This document shows positions 1 to 7,986 of a stretch of DNA of 20,000 nt, in pieces (the stretch's first letter is position 1; every line of letters begins with the position of its first letter). Location of the stretch: the IMG/VR virus record IMGVR_UViG_3300043571_000407; one strand, 5' to 3'. Below the pieces are notes generated by a model. The model was not told where the DNA came from. It was given only the letters and a program-made list of their open reading frames with translations, and searched no databases. The position numbers and the translations under genes are program-made. Source of the DNA: an uncultured virus (IMG/VR IMGVR_UViG_3300043571_000407). Its lineage: Duplodnaviria > Heunggongvirae > Uroviricota > Caudoviricetes.

Positions 1-882
1 CCGTGCGGCTTCTAGCTTCCGGTTCTCCCGACTCGTAGTATCAAACCGTGTAACAAGCGAATCGTGGCGTTCCTTTAATTCTTTCAATTCACGGAATCGA
101 GTACCGCTAATGGAAGCGAAAGATTCAGGGATTCCTGAATACTCAACTCCATCGCATCTAACTATTGCCATACGCTGTTCATTATCTCCATTATCATTGG
201 TTTTGTTAGGGTTGCTAGGGTTTTCGATGACTTGCCCTGCGACAGCTTGCCCTGCGACAGCTTGCCCTGCGACAGCTTGCCCTGCGACAGCTTGCCCTGC
301 GACAGCTTGCCCTGCGACAGCTTGCCCTGCGACAGCTTGCCCAATCCCCGCAGCACTATCTAATCGGAGGCGAACATCTCCCCCTGCCCTTCCTCGGCTC
401 GTCAAAGCCAAATGGTTGGCACGGACATTAATCTGTTCCCTGTCATAGTGTTGCCCATTCCACACCCCTTCCCCTTGCTTGATGTCGCAGGTATATCCAG
501 CAGATAGTTGTTCCTTTTCCCTTGCATCAATTAGGGCGATCGCCTTAGCATCAAAAAACGACACCAAGCCTTTGATCACCCCTTCAGTCTTGTCATAATA
601 AGCAGAAGAATCAGTCATCCCTACCGTGTAATCCTTGTAGCTTTCGCTATTAAGAAGTCCAACATAGGGATGTTCTATCACCAGGGGGAGGAGTTTGAAA
701 CTCTCTACTGTGGCCAGTTCTGCATTGGTTTCCGGTCTCCTGAGTTCGTGGACTATGGAGCCATCAGGCTGACGATACTCCAACACCCCGTCACAACAAA
801 AAGACCCCTCACAATGGAGACGACCATCCTCAGTTCTTATTACCCTAAATTTAGTTGGAGCATCGAGCCTGATTTCAACCAT
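1..882 (-). CDS. DUF2213-family phage head maturation protein (putative prohead protease + scaffold), 3' end beyond window
   Basis: Manual translation from ATG at 882: MVEIRLDAPTKFRVIRTEDGRLHCEGSFCCDGVLEYRQPDG...LPLVIEHP...EKEQLSAGYTCDI...GVWNGQHYDREQINVRANHLALTSRGRAGGDVRLRLDSAA. The ELSxGY and NHLAxxxxGRAG-like motifs are typical of DUF2213. Open to position 1 and absent from the ORF track. Confidence 0.88.
   Translation of the reverse strand, partial: MVEIRLDAPTKFRVIRTEDGRLHCEGSFCCDGVLEYRQPDGSIVHELRRPETNAELATVESFKLLPLVIEHPYVGLLNSESYKDYTVGMTDSSAYYDKTEGVIKGLVSFFDAKAIALIDAREKEQLSAGYTCDIKQGEGVWNGQHYDREQINVRANHLALTSRGRAGGDVRLRLDSAAGIGQAVAGQAVAGQAVAGQAVAGQAVAGQAVAGQAVAGQVIENPSNPNKTNDNGDNEQRMAIVRCDGVEYSGIPESFASISGTRFRELKELKERHDSLVTRFDTTSRENRKLEAAR
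231..342. repeat. 15-bp tandem repeat CTTGCCCTGCGACAG, 7 full copies plus a partial, encoding (GQAVA)7 in the DUF2213 protein
   Basis: Perfect copies start at 231, 246, 261, 276, 291, 306 and 321; in frame on the minus strand. Confidence 0.97.
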
Positions 883-955
883 TTCTCAATACAAAAAACA
901 AATAATTCTTTTTAAAGAATAACGCACCCTATCAGTCATTTAAAGAGGGTGCAAA

Positions 956-979
956 AAAATAATTTCTATACAAGAAAAT
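956..979. promoter_or_regulatory. 24-bp box AAAATAATTTCTATACAAGAAAAT, copy 1 (putative operator or late-promoter element)
   Basis: Exact second copy at 8630-8653; internal dyad TTTCT-N5-AGAAA; lies between the divergent DUF2213 and XRE genes. Confidence 0.6.
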
Positions 980-1014
980 AGACTAAAATTAAATCAATGA
1001 TTTAGATATAAATA

Positions 1015-1389
1015 ATGACTATTACAAAAAGAGAGTACCCTTCTAAGAAAACGTTAGGATCTGGTGCATTGGCTCCCTATCGCGCTCTCGGTCGGTCAAT
1101 TCGACGGGATCTTATAAATGCAAATCTTGGGATGATGGAATTTAGCGAGAAAAGTGGGTGGGATTGGCAGACAATTCGACGGATTTTAATGGGGGAGCGG
1201 CGGACGGATTTTATAGAACTGTTGATTATCGCTTCGTTAATTTCTGAGGATCAATCGGAAACGGAAAGACTGATCCTCACCTGGACGAAGGAAACTTTGA
1301 AAATCATCGAGGAAGGAATCCCCCAAGAAATTAACCCAGGTCTTGTTGATAATCTTGTCGAGATTAACGAAGAGATCCCTTTAGAATAG
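1015..1389 (+). CDS. XRE/Cro-C1-type helix-turn-helix transcriptional regulator
   Basis: LGRSIRRDLINANLGMMEFSEKSGWDWQTIRRILMGERRTDFIELLIIASLI fits the XRE HTH pattern. Confidence 0.78.
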   Translation: MTITKREYPSKKTLGSGALAPYRALGRSIRRDLINANLGMMEFSEKSGWDWQTIRRILMGERRTDFIELLIIASLISEDQSETERLILTWTKETLKIIEEGIPQEINPGLVDNLVEINEEIPLE

Positions 1390-1810
1390 CAATAATCTCC
1401 TGACGATTCCGTTGGCTTACTCCTAAAAATTGACGTTTAGGCATTTTCTTAGTGCCTTTTTGTAAATAGGAGCCATAGGGCAATGGAGTCCCTACCTCAA
1501 CCCTTCCTTTTTCAATCCGATATCGAATAGAAGATCGCAACAATCCTTGGCGTTGTAGTATTTGCATAATAAAACCCCGACTAGCCTTGTATTTAAGGGT
1601 TGATGGGGCTAGGTGTTCCCATTTCTCCCCGTAAGGACTCTGTTCCTTTTGAAAGTTCTCGTCGGTTGATGCCACCATAAACTGCCCGACTTTATGCAGT
1701 TCAGGTGTGAGGTTCTGAAACTTTCTGATTAATTTATTTAGATAATTTTGGACTTGGTTGGCAACGAATTTCAGGGATAGCATGGGGTTAAAAGTAAAAT
1801 ATATCCCCAT
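1364..1810 (-). CDS. Phage virion morphogenesis / tail completion protein (Mu gpG, P2 gpS family); start may be ATG 1783
   Basis: Motifs ENFQKEQSPYGEKWEHLAPST, ILQRQGLLRSSI, VGTPLPYGSYLQKG and MPKRQFLG. Confidence 0.85.
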   Translation of the reverse strand: MGIYFTFNPMLSLKFVANQVQNYLNKLIRKFQNLTPELHKVGQFMVASTDENFQKEQSPYGEKWEHLAPSTLKYKASRGFIMQILQRQGLLRSSIRYRIEKGRVEVGTPLPYGSYLQKGTKKMPKRQFLGVSQRNRQEIIAILKGSLR

Positions 1811-1836
1811 ACTAACCTGTTAAACAAATTTGATGT

Positions 1837-2364
1837 TTAGCCCTCTAACAGAAACTGCTCTTGTTCTCTGATTACTCTCCAATCATCGTTATTTGCGTCC
1901 AGGGCTTCTTGTAAATCTTCCATAGTCCATTTGCTATAGTGGACTATTTTTTCCAACAGAAAGTCCAACGATTGCCGTGTGAAGACTTTTTCTAATATGT
2001 CATCCAACCCCGTCTCGGCAAACGCAGCCAACAAAATAATGGAATCTTGATTATTGTTAACTACTGCATCCCATGTGATTAACTTCGTAAAGTCTCTGGA
2101 TGAGATGGTCTTGCTTCGGGTTGTCCCTCTAGCTTTCTTTATTTCAGAGTCCTGAGTCGTACCAGAAAAACCAAGCCCTAGCAAAGACTTAAGAACTTCT
2201 GATTCACTTTTTAATAAACGCCCCAAGAAATCTTTCCCCCGACCGATTGCAATTCCGGCCCCAACAATTCCGATCCGTTTCTCTCCATTCGGGAACAGAT
2301 AACAGTCAATAGTTCTATTCCCTAGAGTTAATTCAGCACGGACTGATCGTATAATGTCTGACAT
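1837..2364 (-). CDS. Phage antirepressor-like DNA-binding protein (resembles the N-terminal region of P63C-domain proteins)
   Basis: RAELTLGNRTIDCYLFPNGEKRIG...AIG and LKSLLGLGFSG resemble this phage/prophage regulator family; assigned by pattern recognition only. Confidence 0.55.
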   Translation of the reverse strand: MSDIIRSVRAELTLGNRTIDCYLFPNGEKRIGIVGAGIAIGRGKDFLGRLLKSESEVLKSLLGLGFSGTTQDSEIKKARGTTRSKTISSRDFTKLITWDAVVNNNQDSIILLAAFAETGLDDILEKVFTRQSLDFLLEKIVHYSKWTMEDLQEALDANNDDWRVIREQEQFLLEG

Positions 2365-2435
2365 GGTGAACCTTTTGTTTAATAGATGGAGGTTTACAGA
2401 TCCTTGGGTGTTGATAGCACCGCGAAGGATATTAT
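2361..2435 (+). ncRNA. Candidate cis-antisense RNA to the antirepressor-like gene, copy 1
   Basis: Plus-strand TATAAT at 2350-2355 inside the first codons, followed by hairpins GTGAACC..GGTTTAC and ATCCTT..AAGGAT; same layout at 2732-2820. Confidence 0.4.
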
Positions 2436-2466
2436 TCTGCGGGTTTCTTGATTGTCTTTCTTTTGG

Positions 2467-2583
2467 TTGTGCGAACTGTAGAAACCCTTACACAGTAGGC
2501 ATTCTAGCCTTTTAGAGTCCTGTTTTTCTGCTTTTGTGCGAACTGTAGAAACCCTTACACAGTAGGCATTCTAGCCTTTTAGA
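2467..2583. repeat. 50-bp direct repeat x2 (2467-2516 and 2534-2583) with imperfect palindromic core GAAACCCTTACACAGTAGGCATTC
   Basis: TTGTGCGAACTGTAGAAACCCTTACACAGTAGGCATTCTAGCCTTTTAGA occurs twice, period 67 bp. Confidence 0.93.
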
Positions 2584-2626
2584 AAGTTTAGCTTTTCTGA
2601 TAAAAAATCAGCCTAAACTCAATTAA

Positions 2627-2746
2627 TTATATCACGCACACTAAACCAATTCCGATCCGTTTCTCCCCATCTGGGAACAAATAGCAATCAATACTTCTGT
2701 TGCCTAATACCATTTCGGCACGAATTGATCGTATAATGTCTGACAT
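2627..2746 (-). pseudogene. Truncated paralog of the 1837-2364 gene
   Basis: MSDIIRSIRAEMVLGNRSIDCYLFPDGEKRIGIGLVCVI* versus MSDIIRSVRAELTLGNRTIDCYLFPNGEKRIGIVG; similarity stops after about 33 codons. Confidence 0.85.
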
Positions 2747-2820
2747 AGTGAACCATCTCCTTGAAAGTGTTGGTTTACAAGCCTCTCGTAGTGCGTAAAC
2801 ACCGCGAGAGGCAATTATTA
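2743..2820 (+). ncRNA. Candidate cis-antisense RNA, copy 2
   Basis: TATAAT at 2732-2737, followed by hairpins GTGAACC..GGTTTAC and GCCTCTCG..CGAGAGGC. Confidence 0.38.
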
Positions 2821-2824
2821 TTAA

Positions 2825-2833
2825 ATTATATCA
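2825..2833 (-). promoter_or_regulatory. Extended -10 promoter TGATATAAT upstream of the truncated paralog (identical 9-mer at 2626-2634, minus)
   Basis: Matches TGnTATAAT and lies just upstream of the structured leader. Confidence 0.5.
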
Positions 2834-2873
2834 TTTTTGCTTTGGACAAAACAGAGGATAAATTTGTCCTTGA

Positions 2874-5800
2874 TTAAATTTCTTCGGTTTCTATTATAGT
2901 AAGATCACCTTCTTTTCTTACACTTTTAATTTTATGTCTCGTATTTTTTGATACGACAACCTCGTCCTCTCTCTGTCCAAATGTACTTAAATTTCTAATA
3001 GACACACCCGATTTATTCGGTGCTTTAACGATAACAGGATAGGTTTTCTTGACAGAAGATAGGTTCATGCCAGCAAAATCCTTGGCTTTCTCATAATTAG
3101 AAGTCCAAGAAGCGTGGGCGTTTTGGTTCCCCAGAATTCCATCTTCGCCTTTCACAAACTTATTAAGTTCTTCTTCAGAATCAAAATTCAATCCCCTAGA
3201 TATTTCTCCTGGGAATGGAGTGGATTGCTTTATAAATAAATCAAGGTTATCAGCATCTTTGCTGCTTCTGCCATTTTTCTGATCTTCTCTGATTTCGTAA
3301 GCATTCTCAGACCACTCTTTTACCGATTCAATAACACCCTCAGCGTCTTGAATACCAATTTTCTGCCCCTTTTTAGCCATCATATCCGAATACTCCTGGG
3401 CGTTTTTGGGAGTACCTTCATGGGTTCCATCGCCTAGTGTTCTGGGTGCGGTAAATTCCTGAACTGCGGTTGGTGCTATCTTTTTGTCTGCGTCCGAATT
3501 GGTTATTTCTTCAGTTTGTACATAGAATATGCCATCTTTCTCTGTAACACTTTTGACTTTGTGCTTGGCATCTTTTGAAACAATAACTTCCGATTCTTGA
3601 GGCTTTAGTCCTACATCCTTAATTGATACCCCCGTCTTGTTTTTTGCCTTAATAATAACAGGATAAGCTCCTTCTACATATTGAGACAAAGATGGATTTT
3701 CTTTGTAACTAGCTTTTGAAAAATCATAAGCTACTTTGTCATCAGAAGTCCATGAAGCATGAGCTTTTTGGTTGTCTAAAACGCCGTTTTCATCCCCTTT
3801 TAACCACGTCTCAACTTCTTCTCTACTATAGAAAAGAATCCCTCTACTTACATCCCCATCATAGGGTGTCATGCTTTTCATGAACCTATTGATATTTTCC
3901 TCGTTTTTATTTGGCCTCCCATCTTTTTGATCGTCTCTGACCTCATCGGAGTCTGTGATCCATCTTTTGACTGATTTAATGATTTTCTCAGCCTCCTCTA
4001 TAGTAATGTTTTCCCCTTTTTTAACCATCGCCTCGTAGTATTCTTGTGCGTTTTTAGGGGTTCCTTTGTGGGTTCCATTTCCAATAGTAATTAGTGGGGA
4101 TTCAGACTTTTTTGCTTGTACTTCAGTATCAGTTACTTCCTCAGTTTCTACATATATTATGCCATCTTTTTTCGTAATGTTCTTAACTTTGTGTTTTGCC
4201 TCTTTTGGTACAATAACCTCGTTCTGCAAAATATACTCAGTAGGCCCCATCTTTTTAATTGACACTCCTGTTTTGTTTATGGTTTTGATCATGACAGGCT
4301 GCCCTTCTCTACCGAATCCCCTCCTCTTCGCATAGTCCTCGGCATAGTCCTCCCTGGAAGTCCACGAAGCATGAGCCCCTTGATTATCCAGTATTCCATC
4401 TTTATCACCCTTTAACCAGTTCATTGCTTCTTTCTCTGAAGCAAAGTTTATGCCTCTATGTATTTCCCCTTTGATACCTTCAAATCTCTCGTCATTATAT
4501 GGAGTTGTATTTGCAATGTATTTAGAAATTAAATTTGCGTCTTCGTTAGGTTTATTTTCTTTTTGTGAATTTCTAACTGGGTCGGAATCTTGAGTCCATC
4601 GCCTGATTGCTTCATGTGTCGCCTTGGCCTCGTCTTCCGTTATCTCAATTCCGGCTTTAGTCGCCATATCATAATACTCCTGTGCATTCGTAGGAGCATC
4701 TCTATGAGTTCCATCTCCAATTCGTTTAGGAGTATCTTTAACTATTTCCTCTTTCGGGACTAAAGGCGATTCTTGTTCTTGCGATCGCTCCCCTTGAACT
4801 TTTACTGACTTTTGTTTTACTGCTTCAACGGATTTAACCCTCTTATCCGACTCGATAACTGTGTCTATTATCGTTTTAACCTTCTTCATTTTGCCTTGAG
4901 CATTTGACATGGCTTTTAGCCCATCTCTGTCCAAGCTCCAATCAACATCCGATTTGCCTAAATCAACAATTGCTTTTTTAGCCTGACTCTCGTCATCGAA
5001 ACTCCCTAAAGCCATGCCACTTTTAACATGAGTGACATTATATTTTGCCGTGGGACTCTTGCTATCTCTGTTTACACCAAGGTTTCCATAGATTTGACCA
5101 TCAACTGTTTCGCTTCCAGTTTTGGTTTCGATTTTATATGTTCCGTTTCTTCCCTCTAATTTTTTAGACTCGGATTCTAGCCAATTGTCATACAATTCAT
5201 TTACTGAGTTATCCTTGGATTTTAGCTTGGGTCTAGGGGGAGAATTATCCTCGACTTTTATCGCCTTCTGCTTTGGAGTTTTGGCGACCTTAGCCTTTGG
5301 AGTCTTGGGTGCTTTAGTTGTTAACGGGATAGGTTTAGTTGTCGAATCAGAATCACTGGGACTAACTACGGGAACCGTTATCTTAACATCGGGAGAAAGA
5401 ACATAAGTTTCCGATTCTTTGCTCCCGTCAGGAAGGATCTCTTTTGCAAAAGCATCCCTGGTATATTCATATTTTTGTTTAATATGATCACCAGTCCTGT
5501 CCATTTTTAGGTATAGATAGAAAGTATCACCTTTTTTGAGATCATCTTTGGTGATCACTCTTTCGGTTCCAGAGTCTACAGCAGATTTAATGGCACTATC
5601 AACGGAATCAACCGACTGTTTTGACAGTTTTTCAGCTTTAATTTCTTCTGCTTTCTTTTCAGCTAAGTTTTTATCTATATCCTTTTGTTTTTGAGGATCA
5701 TCTTCAACTGTCCATGCACCAGTCGGGACAGTCATCTTACTGGGCTTACCTGCTTTTGTCTTTTCCCAACCTTTCTCTATAACCATCGTGTTCCCGTCGG

Positions 5801-6500
5801 GATTAACCTTGAGAACTTTGGCTTTCCATTTTTTCGATCCAATAAGTGATCCCGTGACGGAATAAACGGAATCACCCGCTATGGGTACTAAATAGCCATT
5901 CGGTCTTTTGGCTCTATCTGATCCAGTTGCTTCCTTCTTGACTTCTGAAACAAGCGGCTCCGGTGGCTTTGGAGTTAATTTATTATCTTCTTGCTTCTTG
6001 GTTGGGTCATCCTGAACAGCTTTAAATTTCCCTGCTGCGGCTCTGAGTTTATCGACTTTTTCTTGGGAGGGTTTATCCGGTAAATCTGATTTGCAATTCT
6101 TATTCAACCCAATACAGGCTTTGCCGCAGTTATAGGAGGTATTGCCACACTTAGGTTTTTCCTTCCTCTTGGTTTTAACTGCGTCATACCGATAGGTGTA
6201 CCCTTTAGAAAATTCTTCCCACACCACTGGATCGATATCCGCGCTGTCTATTCTTTTCCAGGTAAACGGTTTGAAGGTAATGGAATCCCCAATCTCAAAC
6301 TCAAAAACACGGGATCTAATGGCGTCCTTAAACCGTCCTTTGATGATGTTTTTGTTGCCTACTTCAAAATCCAGAACGATAACCGGAGAGTTGTAGGCAA
6401 ATGGCATCGACAAGACTTGAGAAATACCAAGTTTCATCTGCACTTCTGTTGGGGCAGCATCAAGGCGGAGGGGTGTTTGATAACTTGAAATTGTGATCAT
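2874..6500 (-). CDS. Large multidomain (polyvalent-type) phage protein: shared leader + 4-Cys motif, several small domains, three tandem R-S-E class ADP-ribosyltransferase domains
   Basis: Three ~190-aa repeats (about 4724-4134, 4088-3504, 3440-2877), each with [HS]RG, AHASWTS and [QE]xEV (QNE, ESE, EDE). ATG 6500 preferred to TTG 6515. Confidence 0.85.
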   Translation of the reverse strand: MITISSYQTPLRLDAAPTEVQMKLGISQVLSMPFAYNSPVIVLDFEVGNKNIIKGRFKDAIRSRVFEFEIGDSITFKPFTWKRIDSADIDPVVWEEFSKGYTYRYDAVKTKRKEKPKCGNTSYNCGKACIGLNKNCKSDLPDKPSQEKVDKLRAAAGKFKAVQDDPTKKQEDNKLTPKPPEPLVSEVKKEATGSDRAKRPNGYLVPIAGDSVYSVTGSLIGSKKWKAKVLKVNPDGNTMVIEKGWEKTKAGKPSKMTVPTGAWTVEDDPQKQKDIDKNLAEKKAEEIKAEKLSKQSVDSVDSAIKSAVDSGTERVITKDDLKKGDTFYLYLKMDRTGDHIKQKYEYTRDAFAKEILPDGSKESETYVLSPDVKITVPVVSPSDSDSTTKPIPLTTKAPKTPKAKVAKTPKQKAIKVEDNSPPRPKLKSKDNSVNELYDNWLESESKKLEGRNGTYKIETKTGSETVDGQIYGNLGVNRDSKSPTAKYNVTHVKSGMALGSFDDESQAKKAIVDLGKSDVDWSLDRDGLKAMSNAQGKMKKVKTIIDTVIESDKRVKSVEAVKQKSVKVQGERSQEQESPLVPKEEIVKDTPKRIGDGTHRDAPTNAQEYYDMATKAGIEITEDEAKATHEAIRRWTQDSDPVRNSQKENKPNEDANLISKYIANTTPYNDERFEGIKGEIHRGINFASEKEAMNWLKGDKDGILDNQGAHASWTSREDYAEDYAKRRGFGREGQPVMIKTINKTGVSIKKMGPTEYILQNEVIVPKEAKHKVKNITKKDGIIYVETEEVTDTEVQAKKSESPLITIGNGTHKGTPKNAQEYYEAMVKKGENITIEEAEKIIKSVKRWITDSDEVRDDQKDGRPNKNEENINRFMKSMTPYDGDVSRGILFYSREEVETWLKGDENGVLDNQKAHASWTSDDKVAYDFSKASYKENPSLSQYVEGAYPVIIKAKNKTGVSIKDVGLKPQESEVIVSKDAKHKVKSVTEKDGIFYVQTEEITNSDADKKIAPTAVQEFTAPRTLGDGTHEGTPKNAQEYSDMMAKKGQKIGIQDAEGVIESVKEWSENAYEIREDQKNGRSSKDADNLDLFIKQSTPFPGEISRGLNFDSEEELNKFVKGEDGILGNQNAHASWTSNYEKAKDFAGMNLSSVKKTYPVIVKAPNKSGVSIRNLSTFGQREDEVVVSKNTRHKIKSVRKEGDLTIIETEEI

Positions 6501-6570
6501 GTTTTTAAAAATCAATTAATTCTAGTTTTTTTTGATTGGATCTGTTTTAGTTTACTTTTAAAATATTAAT

Positions 6571-7659
6571 CTAGTTCCACTGAAACAACTCCTCCCCTTT
6601 CTCTTTGACAGAAAATATCTTACTATTGGTTTTAAGATTTTCAAAATGACTATCTAATTGCTGTCGAGAAATTCCATTTTTTTTGGCATAATCATCTAAC
6701 AACTTATTACGTTTAATTGCTACAACCCCCTGTAGTTCCTGTTTTCTTTTTTCTTCGTTATAAAATTCTTTAAAATCTTTCTCGAATTTAGTATAAGATA
6801 TCTGTTTTTCTTTGATCGCTTTTTGTCCTGCACCCAGGTCTTTTGTTTTAGAGGATTTGGGTGCAGGTTGTTTTTTCTGCTCTTTGGGTGTCTGTCCTCC
6901 AGCCCAAGATAATAATTCTTCTCCTTTCTCCATTACTGAGAATATTTTTTTATTATCTTTTAATTTCTCGAAATAATCCTCTAACTGTTCACGGGGAACA
7001 TTGTACTTCCTTTCGGCAATATCTAACATCTGCCTGCGTTTAATTGCTACAACACCTTTTAATTCTTGCTTCCTTTGCTCCTCAAAATAAAGGTCTTCAA
7101 AGTCGCTCTCAAAATTAGAGTAAGAAAGTTTCTTGTCCTTTGATTCAGAAACTTTTGTTTTCTTCTGTTTTTCTCCCCCTTCTTGCCCCTCTTTAAAATT
7201 CTTCGCCAGAGACTTTAGTTTATCTATTCTATCTTTTGAGTTAGCATCATCGGGGTTGCACCTGCAATTTTTCTTAATATTTATACAAGATTTACCACAA
7301 TTATAAGATGTGGGCTTCACGCACTGCGGCTTTTTTTTAGCCCCTCCGGGTGTATCAAAGCGAAAGCTATAACCAAGGGAAAAATCCTCCCATTCCTCCT
7401 CATTGTCCAGTCGCCCAATCTTAAAAGGGCTAAAACGGATATCGTCCAAAATCTCGAAGCTAAACACACGAGGACGATCAGCATCCTTAAACCGTCCCGT
7501 AATTTTACCATCATCACCCACCTCAAAGTCCAAAACAATAACCGGAGAATTATAAATTAACGGGAGGGATAGTGTTTGGGTGATCGCTAACCGCATCTGT
7601 TCCTTGGTAGGAGCAGCATCAAGGCGAGGGGGATTTTGACGGTTTAAGGTAGTGACCAT
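6571..7659 (-). CDS. Paralog with the same leader + 4-Cys motif and two tandem ~77-aa repeats (winged-helix-like)
   Basis: N-terminus aligns with the ART protein (RLDAAPT..YNSPVIVLDFEVG..GRFKDA..WEDFS..SYNCGKSCI). Repeats SYxxFExDF..RKQELxGVVAIKR..KIFSVxEKGEELxxW at about 7134-6904 and 6807-6574. Confidence 0.8.
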   Translation of the reverse strand: MVTTLNRQNPPRLDAAPTKEQMRLAITQTLSLPLIYNSPVIVLDFEVGDDGKITGRFKDADRPRVFSFEILDDIRFSPFKIGRLDNEEEWEDFSLGYSFRFDTPGGAKKKPQCVKPTSYNCGKSCINIKKNCRCNPDDANSKDRIDKLKSLAKNFKEGQEGGEKQKKTKVSESKDKKLSYSNFESDFEDLYFEEQRKQELKGVVAIKRRQMLDIAERKYNVPREQLEDYFEKLKDNKKIFSVMEKGEELLSWAGGQTPKEQKKQPAPKSSKTKDLGAGQKAIKEKQISYTKFEKDFKEFYNEEKRKQELQGVVAIKRNKLLDDYAKKNGISRQQLDSHFENLKTNSKIFSVKEKGEELFQWN

Positions 7660-7711
7660 TGTTTTTGAGAATAGATTTACCGAGTCTTTCTGTACGGGTG
7701 CAGGTCGGGGT

Positions 7712-7936
7712 TTACCAGTCTTCCGGCCCTTGAGCTACAAAACGCTTGGCACGTTCTCGTTTTTCCTCTTCTGTCAAATCGTCATAGCTTTTTTTTGGAT
7801 ATTTCTTAGCCATTCTTTCATCAAATTCCTGCAATGTCTCCCCTTCCCCTAAAGCATCCTCATCTTCGGATACAACAGCAGGAGGAACGGTTTTAATTTT
7901 CTTTTGTCCTTCAACAGCAGTTTTTTTGGCTTTCAT
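7712..7936 (-). CDS. Small highly charged hypothetical protein (74 aa)
   Basis: ATG start, co-oriented with its neighbours, fills the gap between leader-family copies. Confidence 0.55.
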   Translation of the reverse strand: MKAKKTAVEGQKKIKTVPPAVVSEDEDALGEGETLQEFDERMAKKYPKKSYDDLTEEEKRERAKRFVAQGPEDW

Positions 7937-7986
7937 AATTGATTTTCGTTTTTAATGCTAATAGGTCTATTATACTTTGTTTTTGC

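Noticed and set aside
110..915. Track ORFs 110-448 (+), 162-356 (-) and 670-915 (+)
   Set aside because: Alternative-frame or antisense shadows of the DUF2213 gene; the first two are kept open partly by the 15-bp repeat.
2467..2583. Mini-CRISPR array (67-bp period)
   Set aside because: A 50-bp repeat with a 17-bp gap and only two copies does not fit CRISPR geometry; no cas genes in the window.
2874..7659. Diversity-generating retroelement template/variable repeat pair
   Set aside because: The repeats differ at all base types with indels rather than only at adenines, and no reverse transcriptase is present.
4066..7852. Track ORFs 4066-4335, 5122-5406, 6196-6396, 6861-7043, 7317-7538 and 7652-7852
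   Set aside because: They lie within or opposite longer genes, most with clear motifs; their hydrophobic look is the antisense of K/E-rich coding.
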